From: a virus
Lineage: Duplodnaviria; Caudoviricetes
IMG/VR virus record: IMGVR_UViG_3300023179_000240
Coordinates: 1-39,494 of that record
Strand: one strand, 5' to 3'
DNA: 39,494 nucleotides
The position numbers and the translations under genes are program-made. The notes below the pieces were generated by a model, which saw only the letters and a program-made list of their open reading frames with translations, had not been told where the DNA came from and ran no database searches. Numbering within the stretch: the stretch's first letter is position 1; every line of letters begins with the position of its first letter. This document shows, piece by piece, positions 15,383 to 23,536 of the stretch.

Positions 15383-17787
15383 TTTAATTTCTCCTCTAGT
15401 GATTCTACTTTGGCTTTTAATTCTTTGATAGCTTGTACTAGCACTGGAATTAACGTTCCGTAGGCCGCCTCTAGTTTTTCTGGGTTTTCTTGGCTGACAA
15501 GATTGGGGATGGTAATGCCAGTTGCTTCTTGTACATCCAAAAGTTCTTGGGCAATAAATCCTGCGTCTGGAATGTTTACCTTTGCCTTATCCCTAGTATT
15601 CCAAACAAAACTTACTGGTCTTAGTTTACCAACAAAATCAAGTCCAGCAGAAAGGTTTTCAATATCTTTCTTGTCCCTCTTATCGGATAGTGCGGTAATG
15701 GAAGTAACTTGACAACGAAGCGTGGCGATTGATCCGTTTCCAAGGGTTACAACATTGTTTGCAGTTGCGCTTGCCCCGACTGATTCATTGCCAATAAATG
15801 TATTGTTTGATCCAGTTGTATTTGCATTTACTCCAGCGGCTCCATATCCAGCTTGATATCCACTAGCTGTGTTTTGGTATCCAGTTGTGTTGGAGTAGAG
15901 GGCATTAATTCCACTAGCTGTGTTTTGGTATCCAGTTGTGTTGGAGTAGAGGGCATTAATTCCACTAGCTGTGTTTTGGTATCCAGTTGTGTTGGAGTAG
16001 AGGGCATTAACTCCACTAGCTGTGTTGCCGTATCCAGTTGTGTTGGAGTAGAGGGCATTAATTCCACTAGCTGTGTTGTTGACTCCAGTTGTGTTGGAGT
16101 AGAGGGCATTAATTCCACTAGCTGTGTTGTTGACTCCAGTTGTGTTGGAGTAGAGGGCATTAATTCCACTAGCTGTGTTGTTGACTCCAGTTGTGTTGGA
16201 GGCAAGAGCAGAGCTTCCAATCGAAGTGTTCGATGCAATTCCACCAGCACCATTTGAGATTAGTGATTTGTTGCCAGAGATGATTACATTCCCACTCGAA
16301 TCAATTCGGAGGCGTTCTGCTAACGATCCACTTGTTCCTGTATAAAACTGCATGCCACCCTGCGATTGTAAGTCTTGTATTAAGGATGTATTTACTCCGC
16401 TTTGATAAAAAGAAATGCTACCGCCTGTTGGTTTCTCAAGGGCGAGATTTGAACCAGACCCAACAGTTGACGTAATTCCGCCAGCGCCAACTCCAAATGC
16501 GGTAGTTCCGCCAACAAGAACTTTCCCACTCGAATCAATGCGGAGGCGTTCGTTTGCGTTTGTTGATAAGGCCGCAACTCCGCTTGCTGGCGAATACCAA
16601 GAAGGAGTTGTGCCTAATGCTGGAGAACTTGCGGCTCCATTTTGAAGAAATATTTCTTTCCCTTGAATGTTTCCATTGGAGACATCTAGCTTGACAGCAG
16701 GACTCGCAGTCCCAATCCCAACATTGCCACTCGAATCAATTCGGAGGCGTTCGGTGTTGTTTGTGTAAAGTAATAATGGGTGTCCAGTTGCAGTTCCAGC
16801 GTATGCAACTCCAGAACCAGAAGCTCCTCCTGCTCCTACATATCCACGAACACTTGCGTCAGAATTTCCAAAATATACTCCACCATAATTGCTTGTAGAT
16901 GTTCCTCTTATATCCAAGCATTTTGACCAAGAATTAGTATCAGATGGGCTCGTCGTCCCAATCCCAACGTTCCCACTCGAATCAATGCGGAGGCGTTCTG
17001 CTGAACCAGCAACCATTCTTATTGCTTGACTTCCTCCGTGTAAATCTAAATAGCTGTTATTGCCTTCGACATAACAAGTATTGCCAGATGATTGCAGTCT
17101 AATTGTAGCCGCAGTTGATTGGTTGATATGAAGCTGGGATGCAGGACTCGTAGTGCCAATCCCAACCTGACCACTCGAATCAATCCTCATCGACTCAGTC
17201 CCACCCTCGCTAAACGCAATGGTGTCGGCGGCGGGGAAGAAGATGCCTGTGTTGGTGTCTCCTGTAGGTTGGATGGCTGGAGAGGAGGCAGTTCCGGCCT
17301 TAACTACTGAGTTTCCAGTCACGGAAAGATTCCCGCTCAGGGTTGCATCACCACTAACTCCTAGGGTTCCCGCAATCGAGGTATTCCCGCTTGCGGCAGT
17401 AACATTAAACTTATTTGTATTTACAGAGACGTTGCCAGTTACCCCTAGGGTTCCAGCAAGCGAAGCGTTGCCAGTTACCCCTAGGGTTCCAGCAAGCGAA
17501 GCGTTGCCAGTTACGCCCAGAGTTCCCCCAACGGTAGCATTGCCCGTAATCGGAAAATCAGAGGCCGTTCCAGCCTTAATTAAATTAGAGGGAGATACTT
17601 TCTTTAATGCGGTGGCGGAAGCATCATACATCAGGAGCAGGTCATTCGCCTGATCCACTGTAGTCTCTGCGGTTCTGTTAGTTATCGCCTCCGGCTGAAT
17701 GGAGGCATTCGCCTGAATGTTATTCAGCTTTGTTGCCGTTACTGTATCTCCGTCCGAAAAGCTCTGCGTTGTGGTGATTTCTGCCAT
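15379..17787 (-). CDS. Tail fibre with C-terminal intramolecular chaperone (peptidase S74)
   Basis: SDKRDKKDI...LRPVSFVWN...GFIAQEL...YGTLIPVLVQAIKEL chaperone domain; ERLRIDSSGNVGIG and NTASG repeats. Confidence 0.9.
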   Translation of the reverse strand: MAEITTTQSFSDGDTVTATKLNNIQANASIQPEAITNRTAETTVDQANDLLLMYDASATALKKVSPSNLIKAGTASDFPITGNATVGGTLGVTGNASLAGTLGVTGNASLAGTLGVTGNVSVNTNKFNVTAASGNTSIAGTLGVSGDATLSGNLSVTGNSVVKAGTASSPAIQPTGDTNTGIFFPAADTIAFSEGGTESMRIDSSGQVGIGTTSPASQLHINQSTAATIRLQSSGNTCYVEGNNSYLDLHGGSQAIRMVAGSAERLRIDSSGNVGIGTTSPSDTNSWSKCLDIRGTSTSNYGGVYFGNSDASVRGYVGAGGASGSGVAYAGTATGHPLLLYTNNTERLRIDSSGNVGIGTASPAVKLDVSNGNIQGKEIFLQNGAASSPALGTTPSWYSPASGVAALSTNANERLRIDSSGKVLVGGTTAFGVGAGGITSTVGSGSNLALEKPTGGSISFYQSGVNTSLIQDLQSQGGMQFYTGTSGSLAERLRIDSSGNVIISGNKSLISNGAGGIASNTSIGSSALASNTTGVNNTASGINALYSNTTGVNNTASGINALYSNTTGVNNTASGINALYSNTTGYGNTASGVNALYSNTTGYQNTASGINALYSNTTGYQNTASGINALYSNTTGYQNTASGYQAGYGAAGVNANTTGSNNTFIGNESVGASATANNVVTLGNGSIATLRCQVTSITALSDKRDKKDIENLSAGLDFVGKLRPVSFVWNTRDKAKVNIPDAGFIAQELLDVQEATGITIPNLVSQENPEKLEAAYGTLIPVLVQAIKELKAKVESLEEKLK
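15860..16201. repeat. Tandem repeat, about 7 x 51 bp (17 aa NTTGxxNTASGINALYS) in the tail fibre
   Basis: CCACTAGCTGTG unit starts at 15860, 15911, 15962, 16013, 16064, 16115 and 16166. Confidence 0.95.
16292..17184. repeat. Dispersed 26-nt direct repeats CCACTCGAATCAAT(T/G)CGGAGGCGTTC in the tail fibre
   Basis: Full copies at 16292, 16526, 16727 and 16973; 14-nt partial copy at 17171. Confidence 0.92.
17430..17530. repeat. 36-bp tandem repeat (GTLGVTGNASLA) in the tail fibre
   Basis: CGTTGCCAGTTACCCCTAGGGTTCCAGCAAGCGAAG occurs twice, plus a partial third copy. Confidence 0.85.
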
Positions 17788-17795
17788 ATATACTC

Positions 17796-18068
17796 CTAAT
17801 TGGATGTAAGGCGGTGCTTAATCCAGTCAAAGAGAAACGAAAAAATAATCCCTATGACCGTTGCACCGCCCAAGATTTTTGCCCAGATATTCTCTATCGC
17901 ACTGACCCTCATGGATATGCGCTCAACCCATTCTCCTAGGTTGCTTGCCTGCTTCTCCACGATGTCGCAAATATGCTTTTGCCGCTCCTGCATGGATCTC
18001 TGAACTTCCTCCAAGCGAGCAAGCCTCTCCTTCACCTCCACCAATGCCTCCACCATATCAATCCCCAT
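17796..18068 (-). CDS. Coiled-coil protein with C-terminal transmembrane helix (XhlA/holin-like)
   Basis: ERLARLEE coiled coil followed by KILGGATVIGIIFSFLFDWIK. Confidence 0.5.
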   Translation of the reverse strand: MGIDMVEALVEVKERLARLEEVQRSMQERQKHICDIVEKQASNLGEWVERISMRVSAIENIWAKILGGATVIGIIFSFLFDWIKHRLTSN

Positions 18069-18072
18069 GGCA

Positions 18073-18342
18073 CTAATCATCCTTTCTGCCATTGCCTTCC
18101 AGATATGACACGGCTACGGCAAGATGAATGATTGCTCCTGTAAGGGTTTCGGGTTCCCCAAGATCCTTCCTGATTTTGGCGTAGCTGATTAAATGCTTTG
18201 TTCTCGCATCATAATCAAGCTCTCCGGCATCGGCGTTGTGAGTTTTGGCGAGCTTTAGGGCTCTCTCAAGAATCTGGGAGTTAAGCCTTCCGAGGAATAA
18301 CTTGGCCCAGAGCCAAAATAGAAATCTTTGAAAGATGGTCAT
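18073..18342 (-). CDS. Hypothetical protein
   Basis: ORF in the late operon; ATG 18342 overlaps the upstream stop (ATGA). Confidence 0.6.
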   Translation of the reverse strand: MTIFQRFLFWLWAKLFLGRLNSQILERALKLAKTHNADAGELDYDARTKHLISYAKIRKDLGEPETLTGAIIHLAVAVSYLEGNGRKDD

Positions 18343-18515
18343 TTCTTCCACCAATCCGCACTATCCTTGTCCCCACGGGCTTTGATTATCCTCTGGGCTT
18401 CCTCAAGTGATGTAGTAAGGAAAACGGCAGGCTCCCCGTTCCGATACCCAAACGAGATGAATCCCTCGTCAAGAAGGTATTGGAGGATGTTAAGTGTTTC
18501 CCGCTCTCTGTTCAT
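18339..18515 (-). CDS. Hypothetical 58-aa protein (not in ORF track)
   Basis: MNRERETLNILQYLLDEGF...DSADWWKK, with ATGA overlaps at both ends. Confidence 0.65.
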   Translation of the reverse strand: MNRERETLNILQYLLDEGFISFGYRNGEPAVFLTTSLEEAQRIIKARGDKDSADWWKK

Positions 18516-18817
18516 GGAAGGTTAAACTGAACCCCGTCAGCTTCATCCCTAGTGGATTGCAGGAGTCTGGATTTGTAATCGTGGTAGGCTGTTCGCAGAT
18601 TGGCAATAAACTCTCGGCCTTGCTCGACCTCCAAGTTAGTCAACACGCCAAGTCCAGCGTTCCTCTGCCAAACTTCATCGTACCCAGCCTCTATGATCTT
18701 CGCCGTGATTAACTCACGGATGCGGGTTAGGTTCTCTTGGTGGGCTTCTTCGATGGTGCGGGTGTCCTCAAGGAATGAGGTTCCGTCTAGGTTGTTATGA
18801 AATGTTTTGTGTCCCAT
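18512..18817 (-). CDS. Hypothetical protein, possible fibre assembly chaperone
   Basis: 101-aa helical ORF directly downstream of a fibre-like gene. Confidence 0.5.
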   Translation of the reverse strand: MGHKTFHNNLDGTSFLEDTRTIEEAHQENLTRIRELITAKIIEAGYDEVWQRNAGLGVLTNLEVEQGREFIANLRTAYHDYKSRLLQSTRDEADGVQFNLP

Positions 18818-18820
18818 ATA

Positions 18821-19528
18821 CTAAACGTATTGAAATCCCAATACTGGTGCTCTGTTTTGCAGTCCTGATGGACTGCTTAAATTAAATGTTTCGTGAGTAG
18901 TTTGATCGTATGATGTTGCACACGTATAATTCCAAATAACCATGTTTCCGACACTTCCAGTAGTATTACCAAGAAATCTGTTGTAGAATGTTTGGGCGTT
19001 TGTTGATGCTACTTCAATCACGTTTCCAGTTGGGGTGGAATCTGGCGTAAAAGAGATCCAATAGTATCCTCTTTTAATACTGGTGGCAGTTATAGATATA
19101 TTTACAGTTGCGGTTCCAGTCGTTCCACTTGATCCAGTTGCACCTATAACATATGACCCAACAGTTCCATCTTCATTACACTCCCATAATGCAAGATGAA
19201 CATTGAAAGCTGGTGATGGCGCAGTGCTAGTTCTGAATGAAAGAATATCAGCCTGTCCGTCTGCTGGAACATATAATAGATGGAATAGCCTTAATTTTAT
19301 TGTTGGCTGACCAGCATTTGCAGTATAGCCGTCCATTACATTTAATATATATCTAGATGCAGTTGTGTTTTTATACTGAGGCAATAACGGCAACTCACCA
19401 AAACTCGCATCACTCGCAAGATAGCGGGTGTTCTTTCCGGCGGCGGGAGCTGGAACTAGGCCAGCTACACCTGCCGAGCTTGTTGATGCGCCAGTTGCGT
19501 TTGGCGTGGCGGCACGAAACAATGGCAT
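18821..19528 (-). CDS. Fibre-like virion protein
   Basis: N-terminal GASTSSAGVAGLVPAPAAG...YLASD fibre motif and a Thr/Ser-rich beta C-terminal domain. Confidence 0.55.
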   Translation of the reverse strand: MPLFRAATPNATGASTSSAGVAGLVPAPAAGKNTRYLASDASFGELPLLPQYKNTTASRYILNVMDGYTANAGQPTIKLRLFHLLYVPADGQADILSFRTSTAPSPAFNVHLALWECNEDGTVGSYVIGATGSSGTTGTATVNISITATSIKRGYYWISFTPDSTPTGNVIEVASTNAQTFYNRFLGNTTGSVGNMVIWNYTCATSYDQTTHETFNLSSPSGLQNRAPVLGFQYV

Positions 19529-20277
19529 TACGTTATCTCCGTTACCCGAGCAGTACCAGCAGAGGCGAAGATTGCCGTAAGTTGCCCAGTGTATTGAGGC
19601 ACTTCCAGATAGTCACCAGTAGCCAGTTTGACCGAGTAATTGGTTGTTGAGGCAGTTCCTGATCCGTAAAGGATGTGAAGATTCCCAGCCCCCTCGTTAT
19701 AGATTGTAAGAATTTTGCGGCTTGAGTTAGATGCCTTGAGAGTTGCAGAGGTTGTCGAAGTAAAACTAGTTACGGTTGCCTCGCCAGTCGTTCCTCTGTC
19801 GGATGTGGTGACTGTCCCATTTACATTTACGTTTGCCCTTCCGCTTGAATCCACGCTAACCGCACGGAGATTAGTGCCATCTGATCCTCCGTAAAGATTT
19901 GCGGAAGTCGGGGCTGTTGATCCAACCGTACCAGCAGAAGAAAGATTAACGTCTAACCTGCGAGCGGAGCCAAATACAGTAGAGGTGATTGCGTTCCCAG
20001 AACCATCACGGGTGTTGGTATCCAGAGATGACGGGAAAGAAACACTAGCCGTTACGTCCAAACTTCTTTTTGCCCCAGAGACGGTTGAGGTGATTGCGTT
20101 TCCAGATCCGTCCCTTACGTCACAAAGAACTCCGTTGGCTATGTCAGCTTTGATTAAGGCTATATCCGCTTGAACCGTGGAAAGAAGCGATTCCAGCCCG
20201 TCCGTATTGACGTTGATGCTGTCCGCATCAATCTTTACGTCCTGAAGCTTCTCGTAGAGCTCTTTGATGCTAGGCAT
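19528..20277 (-). CDS. Virion structural protein (head fibre/decoration-like)
   Basis: Coiled-coil N-terminus, duplicated RDGSGNAITSTV...RxLDV motif and a small beta C-terminal domain. Confidence 0.5.
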   Translation of the reverse strand: MPSIKELYEKLQDVKIDADSINVNTDGLESLLSTVQADIALIKADIANGVLCDVRDGSGNAITSTVSGAKRSLDVTASVSFPSSLDTNTRDGSGNAITSTVFGSARRLDVNLSSAGTVGSTAPTSANLYGGSDGTNLRAVSVDSSGRANVNVNGTVTTSDRGTTGEATVTSFTSTTSATLKASNSSRKILTIYNEGAGNLHILYGSGTASTTNYSVKLATGDYLEVPQYTGQLTAIFASAGTARVTEIT

Positions 20278-20281
20278 CGAA

Positions 20282-20542
20282 TTAGGCCTTGTAAGCTACA
20301 ACCTTGCCGCTCGTCAGGGTGAATGCGGTGAACTTGCCGTAAATCGTGGTTCCCTTTGGCAAGGGCAGAGATCCAGTGCTATCCCCGTCCCAATTCGAGG
20401 CAGTGAGAAGAGAAAACACGCTGTCCTCCAAGGCCGTAATCGACCCAAAATTCCCCGTCACGGCGGTTGTTCCGCTCTCGTAGGTGGCCCCGTTGGAGCC
20501 GCCTTGTTTTGTGTCCCTGCATAATTCTTTGATTGAACTCAT
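20282..20542 (-). CDS. Small beta-rich virion protein
   Basis: 86 aa, Gly/Thr-rich, in the structural module. Confidence 0.5.
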   Translation of the reverse strand: MSSIKELCRDTKQGGSNGATYESGTTAVTGNFGSITALEDSVFSLLTASNWDGDSTGSLPLPKGTTIYGKFTAFTLTSGKVVAYKA

Positions 20543-20548
20543 TTTTTT

Positions 20549-20797
20549 CTAGCTCCAATTCCAAATTTTTTTGATCCGGCTTTTGGAAAATTTCCGGCTT
20601 TTAAGTTTTCCTTTTTCCTCGAACTCCCGATAAAATCTTTTTGCGCCTGCCTCCGAAGAATCAGGATCGACAATGCTTCGGTGGATATAGGGGGCGGAAG
20701 GAACTCTCCTGAGCCCCTTCCGCTTGTCCCTATCTTCAACGGAGACGATCTCCTGAACGATTTGCCCATCCTTGTTCTCATAGAGATAGATGGGCAT
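20549..20797 (-). CDS. Hypothetical protein with FmdB-like N-terminus (no Cys)
   Basis: MPIYLYENKDG start motif; located downstream of the capsid gene. Confidence 0.5.
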   Translation of the reverse strand: MPIYLYENKDGQIVQEIVSVEDRDKRKGLRRVPSAPYIHRSIVDPDSSEAGAKRFYREFEEKGKLKSRKFSKSRIKKIWNWS

Positions 20798-20803
20798 AAC
20801 CAA

Positions 20804-21139
20804 TCAGGCATTGCCTTCGTTGTCGGCTTCTTCGGCCATGGCTCGGATGTCCTCCTCGCTCTTTTCCTCATCCCCATCATCGGGAGTCAGGTTGGCCTCA
20901 AAAATTTCAATGGTTGCGCCTTTGTCGTCCAGCTTCGAGACCTTGCCTTTGAGGGCAACATAATCGCCCTCGGCAGTGCCTTCGGGGAGCTTTTCAACGG
21001 GAACGTCCAAAGACATACCCAAACCTTCTTTCTCCGAAGAATAATCGGAGCCTTCAGATTCGGGCTTGGGGGAGCCGCCCATTTCGGAGCGGCCCCCCTT
21101 TGCCTCGGGACTAGCTATGATTAGCAGTCCTTTATTCAT
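20804..21139 (-). CDS. Acidic hypothetical protein
   Basis: 111-aa D/E-rich ORF immediately after the capsid gene. Confidence 0.6.
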   Translation of the reverse strand: MNKGLLIIASPEAKGGRSEMGGSPKPESEGSDYSSEKEGLGMSLDVPVEKLPEGTAEGDYVALKGKVSKLDDKGATIEIFEANLTPDDGDEEKSEEDIRAMAEEADNEGNA

Positions 21140-21143
21140 CTAT

Positions 21144-22142
21144 TTAGGCGAAACGGCTCTTGGACTTGATGACCACGGCCCGTTTAGCGTTCAACAGTTT
21201 GGCGGCGTAGAATGCCTTCCAACCGCAGACGGTGGTTTGATTCAGCGGGTCAGCTTTGTCGGCCTGATTATTCAGGATGATCTTGGGGCTGAAGGGCGAA
21301 TCACCGGCAATCTTCACCACGCCGAAGGCGTTGGCTCCGAGAACCACAGTGCTGAAAATCGATCCAGCAGAGTTGTAGGTTCCGGCAGTCGTGCCCTCGA
21401 TGAAGGGATTCGTGTGCTCGGAAATGCGAACTCCGTAGAAGGAGCCCAATGTTCCAGCAGGGAACGAACCAACTTTGGTTTCAGGATTGCGATAGACCGT
21501 GTTCAGGAAGTCAGTATCCCTAAACAAATCCCGACTGATCTGAGGCGGAACAAGCGCAGTGAATTGGCCGTTCAAGGGGTTAGCCTTGTTAGCCTTCAGG
21601 CTCGTCACCGCATCCATGAGATCCTCGGCATCCAGATAGGCGGAAGCCGCCGCAGTGGAATTGAGGGTCGCAAAATCAGCGATGCCCTGACCATACCGTT
21701 TCGTAGTGGCATTGCCACCAACGTCAGTACCAGTCACAAGCTGATTGCGGGACAGATCGTCCGCCAGCAACGCCGCTTCCTCACCCATCGCCGACACCGA
21801 TTCTTTGAGAACGTCAAAGAGGCTGGTCATTGAAAGAACATCGCTGATCTTAACGGCTTCCCCATATTGGGTCAGCGAGACAGAGACGCTGTTCAGACCA
21901 ACTTCACGGAAGGTCGTGATAGGCGTGCCTTCGGTGAGGGTCTGGACGTTGGACGAGGCCGGAACGGTGTCGTACTGGAAGAACTTCACGGACGAAGATC
22001 CGATGTTCTTCGGCAGGTCAACCTGTTGGGCGTAGTCGTTTAGTTTGAGGGTTTCTTTGATACGATCAACCAACTGCTTCGACAAGTAAGCCTGAAAGTA
22101 GCTTCCGAGAGAGGCAGGGTTGGAGCGAGTAATAGTAGCCAT
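21144..22142 (-). CDS. Major capsid protein (N4-gp56 family)
   Basis: LPKNIGSSSVKF, LTEGTP, LTQYG...ISD, GSFYGVRISE, VLGANAFG and DPLNQ...GWKA motifs. Confidence 0.9.
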   Translation of the reverse strand: MATITRSNPASLGSYFQAYLSKQLVDRIKETLKLNDYAQQVDLPKNIGSSSVKFFQYDTVPASSNVQTLTEGTPITTFREVGLNSVSVSLTQYGEAVKISDVLSMTSLFDVLKESVSAMGEEAALLADDLSRNQLVTGTDVGGNATTKRYGQGIADFATLNSTAAASAYLDAEDLMDAVTSLKANKANPLNGQFTALVPPQISRDLFRDTDFLNTVYRNPETKVGSFPAGTLGSFYGVRISEHTNPFIEGTTAGTYNSAGSIFSTVVLGANAFGVVKIAGDSPFSPKIILNNQADKADPLNQTTVCGWKAFYAAKLLNAKRAVVIKSKSRFA

Positions 22143-22147
22143 GATTT

Positions 22148-23158
22148 TTAATCTCCTATGAGGACTCCGGCATCAGAATCCACGGCCATCCGACGAAGGA
22201 ATGCCTCCTGCTGGCTGTTATCCATCTCATCGAAGGATTTGCGCTTGGCAGGCTTTTGGCTTCCACTGGCGGAAAGCGAGGTCTTTTTCCGAAGCTCCCC
22301 GTTTTCTTTTCTTAAAGATTCAATTTCAGTCCTCAACGCTTCCGACTCCTCCGCCGCCTTTTGCATCTTGGCAATCTGGGTGGCATAGATGAATCCATTG
22401 GGCGTTGAATTGATGAGGTTACGCAGTTCCGCATCCTCGCTCTTGAGAAGGGATACAACCCTTTTCCCAAGGTCAGATGACTCATCCTTGAGTTCTGGAT
22501 TCTCGGAAATCATGCGATTGACGCTTGAGCTCCAAGTTTCGTTGAACTCCCGAATTTTTCTCTCGCTCCGCTCGGCATCTTTTCTGATCTTTTCCTCAAG
22601 CTTGTCAGCCTGAATCCTTGCGGCCTTGGCGAGATCATCCTTGCCCTCTTCCTCCCACTCACGGGCAAACTTGCGTAGCTCTTCGGGTTTGGCCGGACTG
22701 GTCGGATCGGAGGCTTTTTCAGCTTCCTCTGCTTTCCTCTGCAGTTCCGCCTGAATCGCCCGAACTTGGGCTTTCTCGGCTTCCAGCTTTTTCCAGCTTT
22801 CGGCCAAACGAGCCTCTTCCTTCACCCGCTTGACATCCTTCGTTTCAGGCTTGTCCGAGGTTTCGGAGGCGTTGAGAGACTTGTCAGAATCACTCGATTC
22901 TGCTTTTGAATCTTCTTTTGTTTCTTTGGAGGATTCGACTGGCTCATCCGAGCCCTTCTCCCCCTCCTTGTTTTCTGGTTTTTCCGAGGCCTCTTGGCTC
23001 TGCTTGGCGATGGCAGACGATTCCGCCTTCGGTTTGTAGGGAACTCCGTCAGCCTGCGCCGCAAGCTCACGGATCATCTCCTCGTTCACCGATTCAACCT
23101 TGAGGGAGTCTGCTGGCTCCACAGCCTGCTCGACTCCGATGTTGCTCTCCTCAATCAT
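22148..23158 (-). CDS. Capsid scaffolding protein
   Basis: Highly charged, with an acidic disordered N-terminus and coiled coils; immediately upstream of the capsid gene. Confidence 0.75.
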   Translation of the reverse strand: MIEESNIGVEQAVEPADSLKVESVNEEMIRELAAQADGVPYKPKAESSAIAKQSQEASEKPENKEGEKGSDEPVESSKETKEDSKAESSDSDKSLNASETSDKPETKDVKRVKEEARLAESWKKLEAEKAQVRAIQAELQRKAEEAEKASDPTSPAKPEELRKFAREWEEEGKDDLAKAARIQADKLEEKIRKDAERSERKIREFNETWSSSVNRMISENPELKDESSDLGKRVVSLLKSEDAELRNLINSTPNGFIYATQIAKMQKAAEESEALRTEIESLRKENGELRKKTSLSASGSQKPAKRKSFDEMDNSQQEAFLRRMAVDSDAGVLIGD

Positions 23159-23186
23159 GGTTTGTCAGGTATCCTTCCCGTTAAGT

Positions 23187-23516
23187 TTAAGGCCGTAGTT
23201 TTTCGAGGAGTTCAGAGACGGCCTCGGGCTCCGATTCCTCGTTAAATTCTTCAATCTCGGCGGAAGCCAGCCATTCGATAAAGACCAGTGCTTCCCGAAA
23301 TCCAACCGCCTTGCCGGACTCGAACAATCCCCCTCCTTTGAAAACTGCGCTTATATCTTTTCTAGTGGCCGCATTTCGCAGACAGGTGATGAACCGCTTG
23401 CCGGAGGCAGAATCAAAGAACAACTTGGTATTGGCCGTGTCTGACTGCTTCCAGTCAACCGAGGCTTCTCCAAGCTCTTTCCAGAGCCGTAAGACGAGTT
23501 TGAGTTTATGCAACAT
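23187..23516 (-). CDS. Hypothetical protein (Bbp19-like position between portal and scaffold)
   Basis: FFDSASGKRFITCL...GFREALVFIE; syntenic position. Confidence 0.55.
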   Translation of the reverse strand: MLHKLKLVLRLWKELGEASVDWKQSDTANTKLFFDSASGKRFITCLRNAATRKDISAVFKGGGLFESGKAVGFREALVFIEWLASAEIEEFNEESEPEAVSELLEKLRP

Positions 23517-23520
23517 AATA

Positions 23521-23535
23521 ATGCTTATTACACTT
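23521..23535 (-). promoter_or_regulatory. Copy of recurrent motif (AAGTGTAATAAGCAT)
   Basis: 14/15 match filling most of the 20-nt gap between the portal stop and the next start. Confidence 0.65.
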
Positions 23536-23536
23536 T

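Noticed and set aside
15860-17184. CRISPR array suggested by the regularly spaced repeats
   Set aside because: The repeats lie in frame inside the tail fibre ORF; units are either tandem or separated by about 170-220 nt; there are no cas genes.
15379-17787. Diversity-generating retroelement or invertible shufflon acting on the fibre
   Set aside because: No reverse transcriptase, no TR/VR pair with adenine-specific differences, no invertase, and all repeats are direct.
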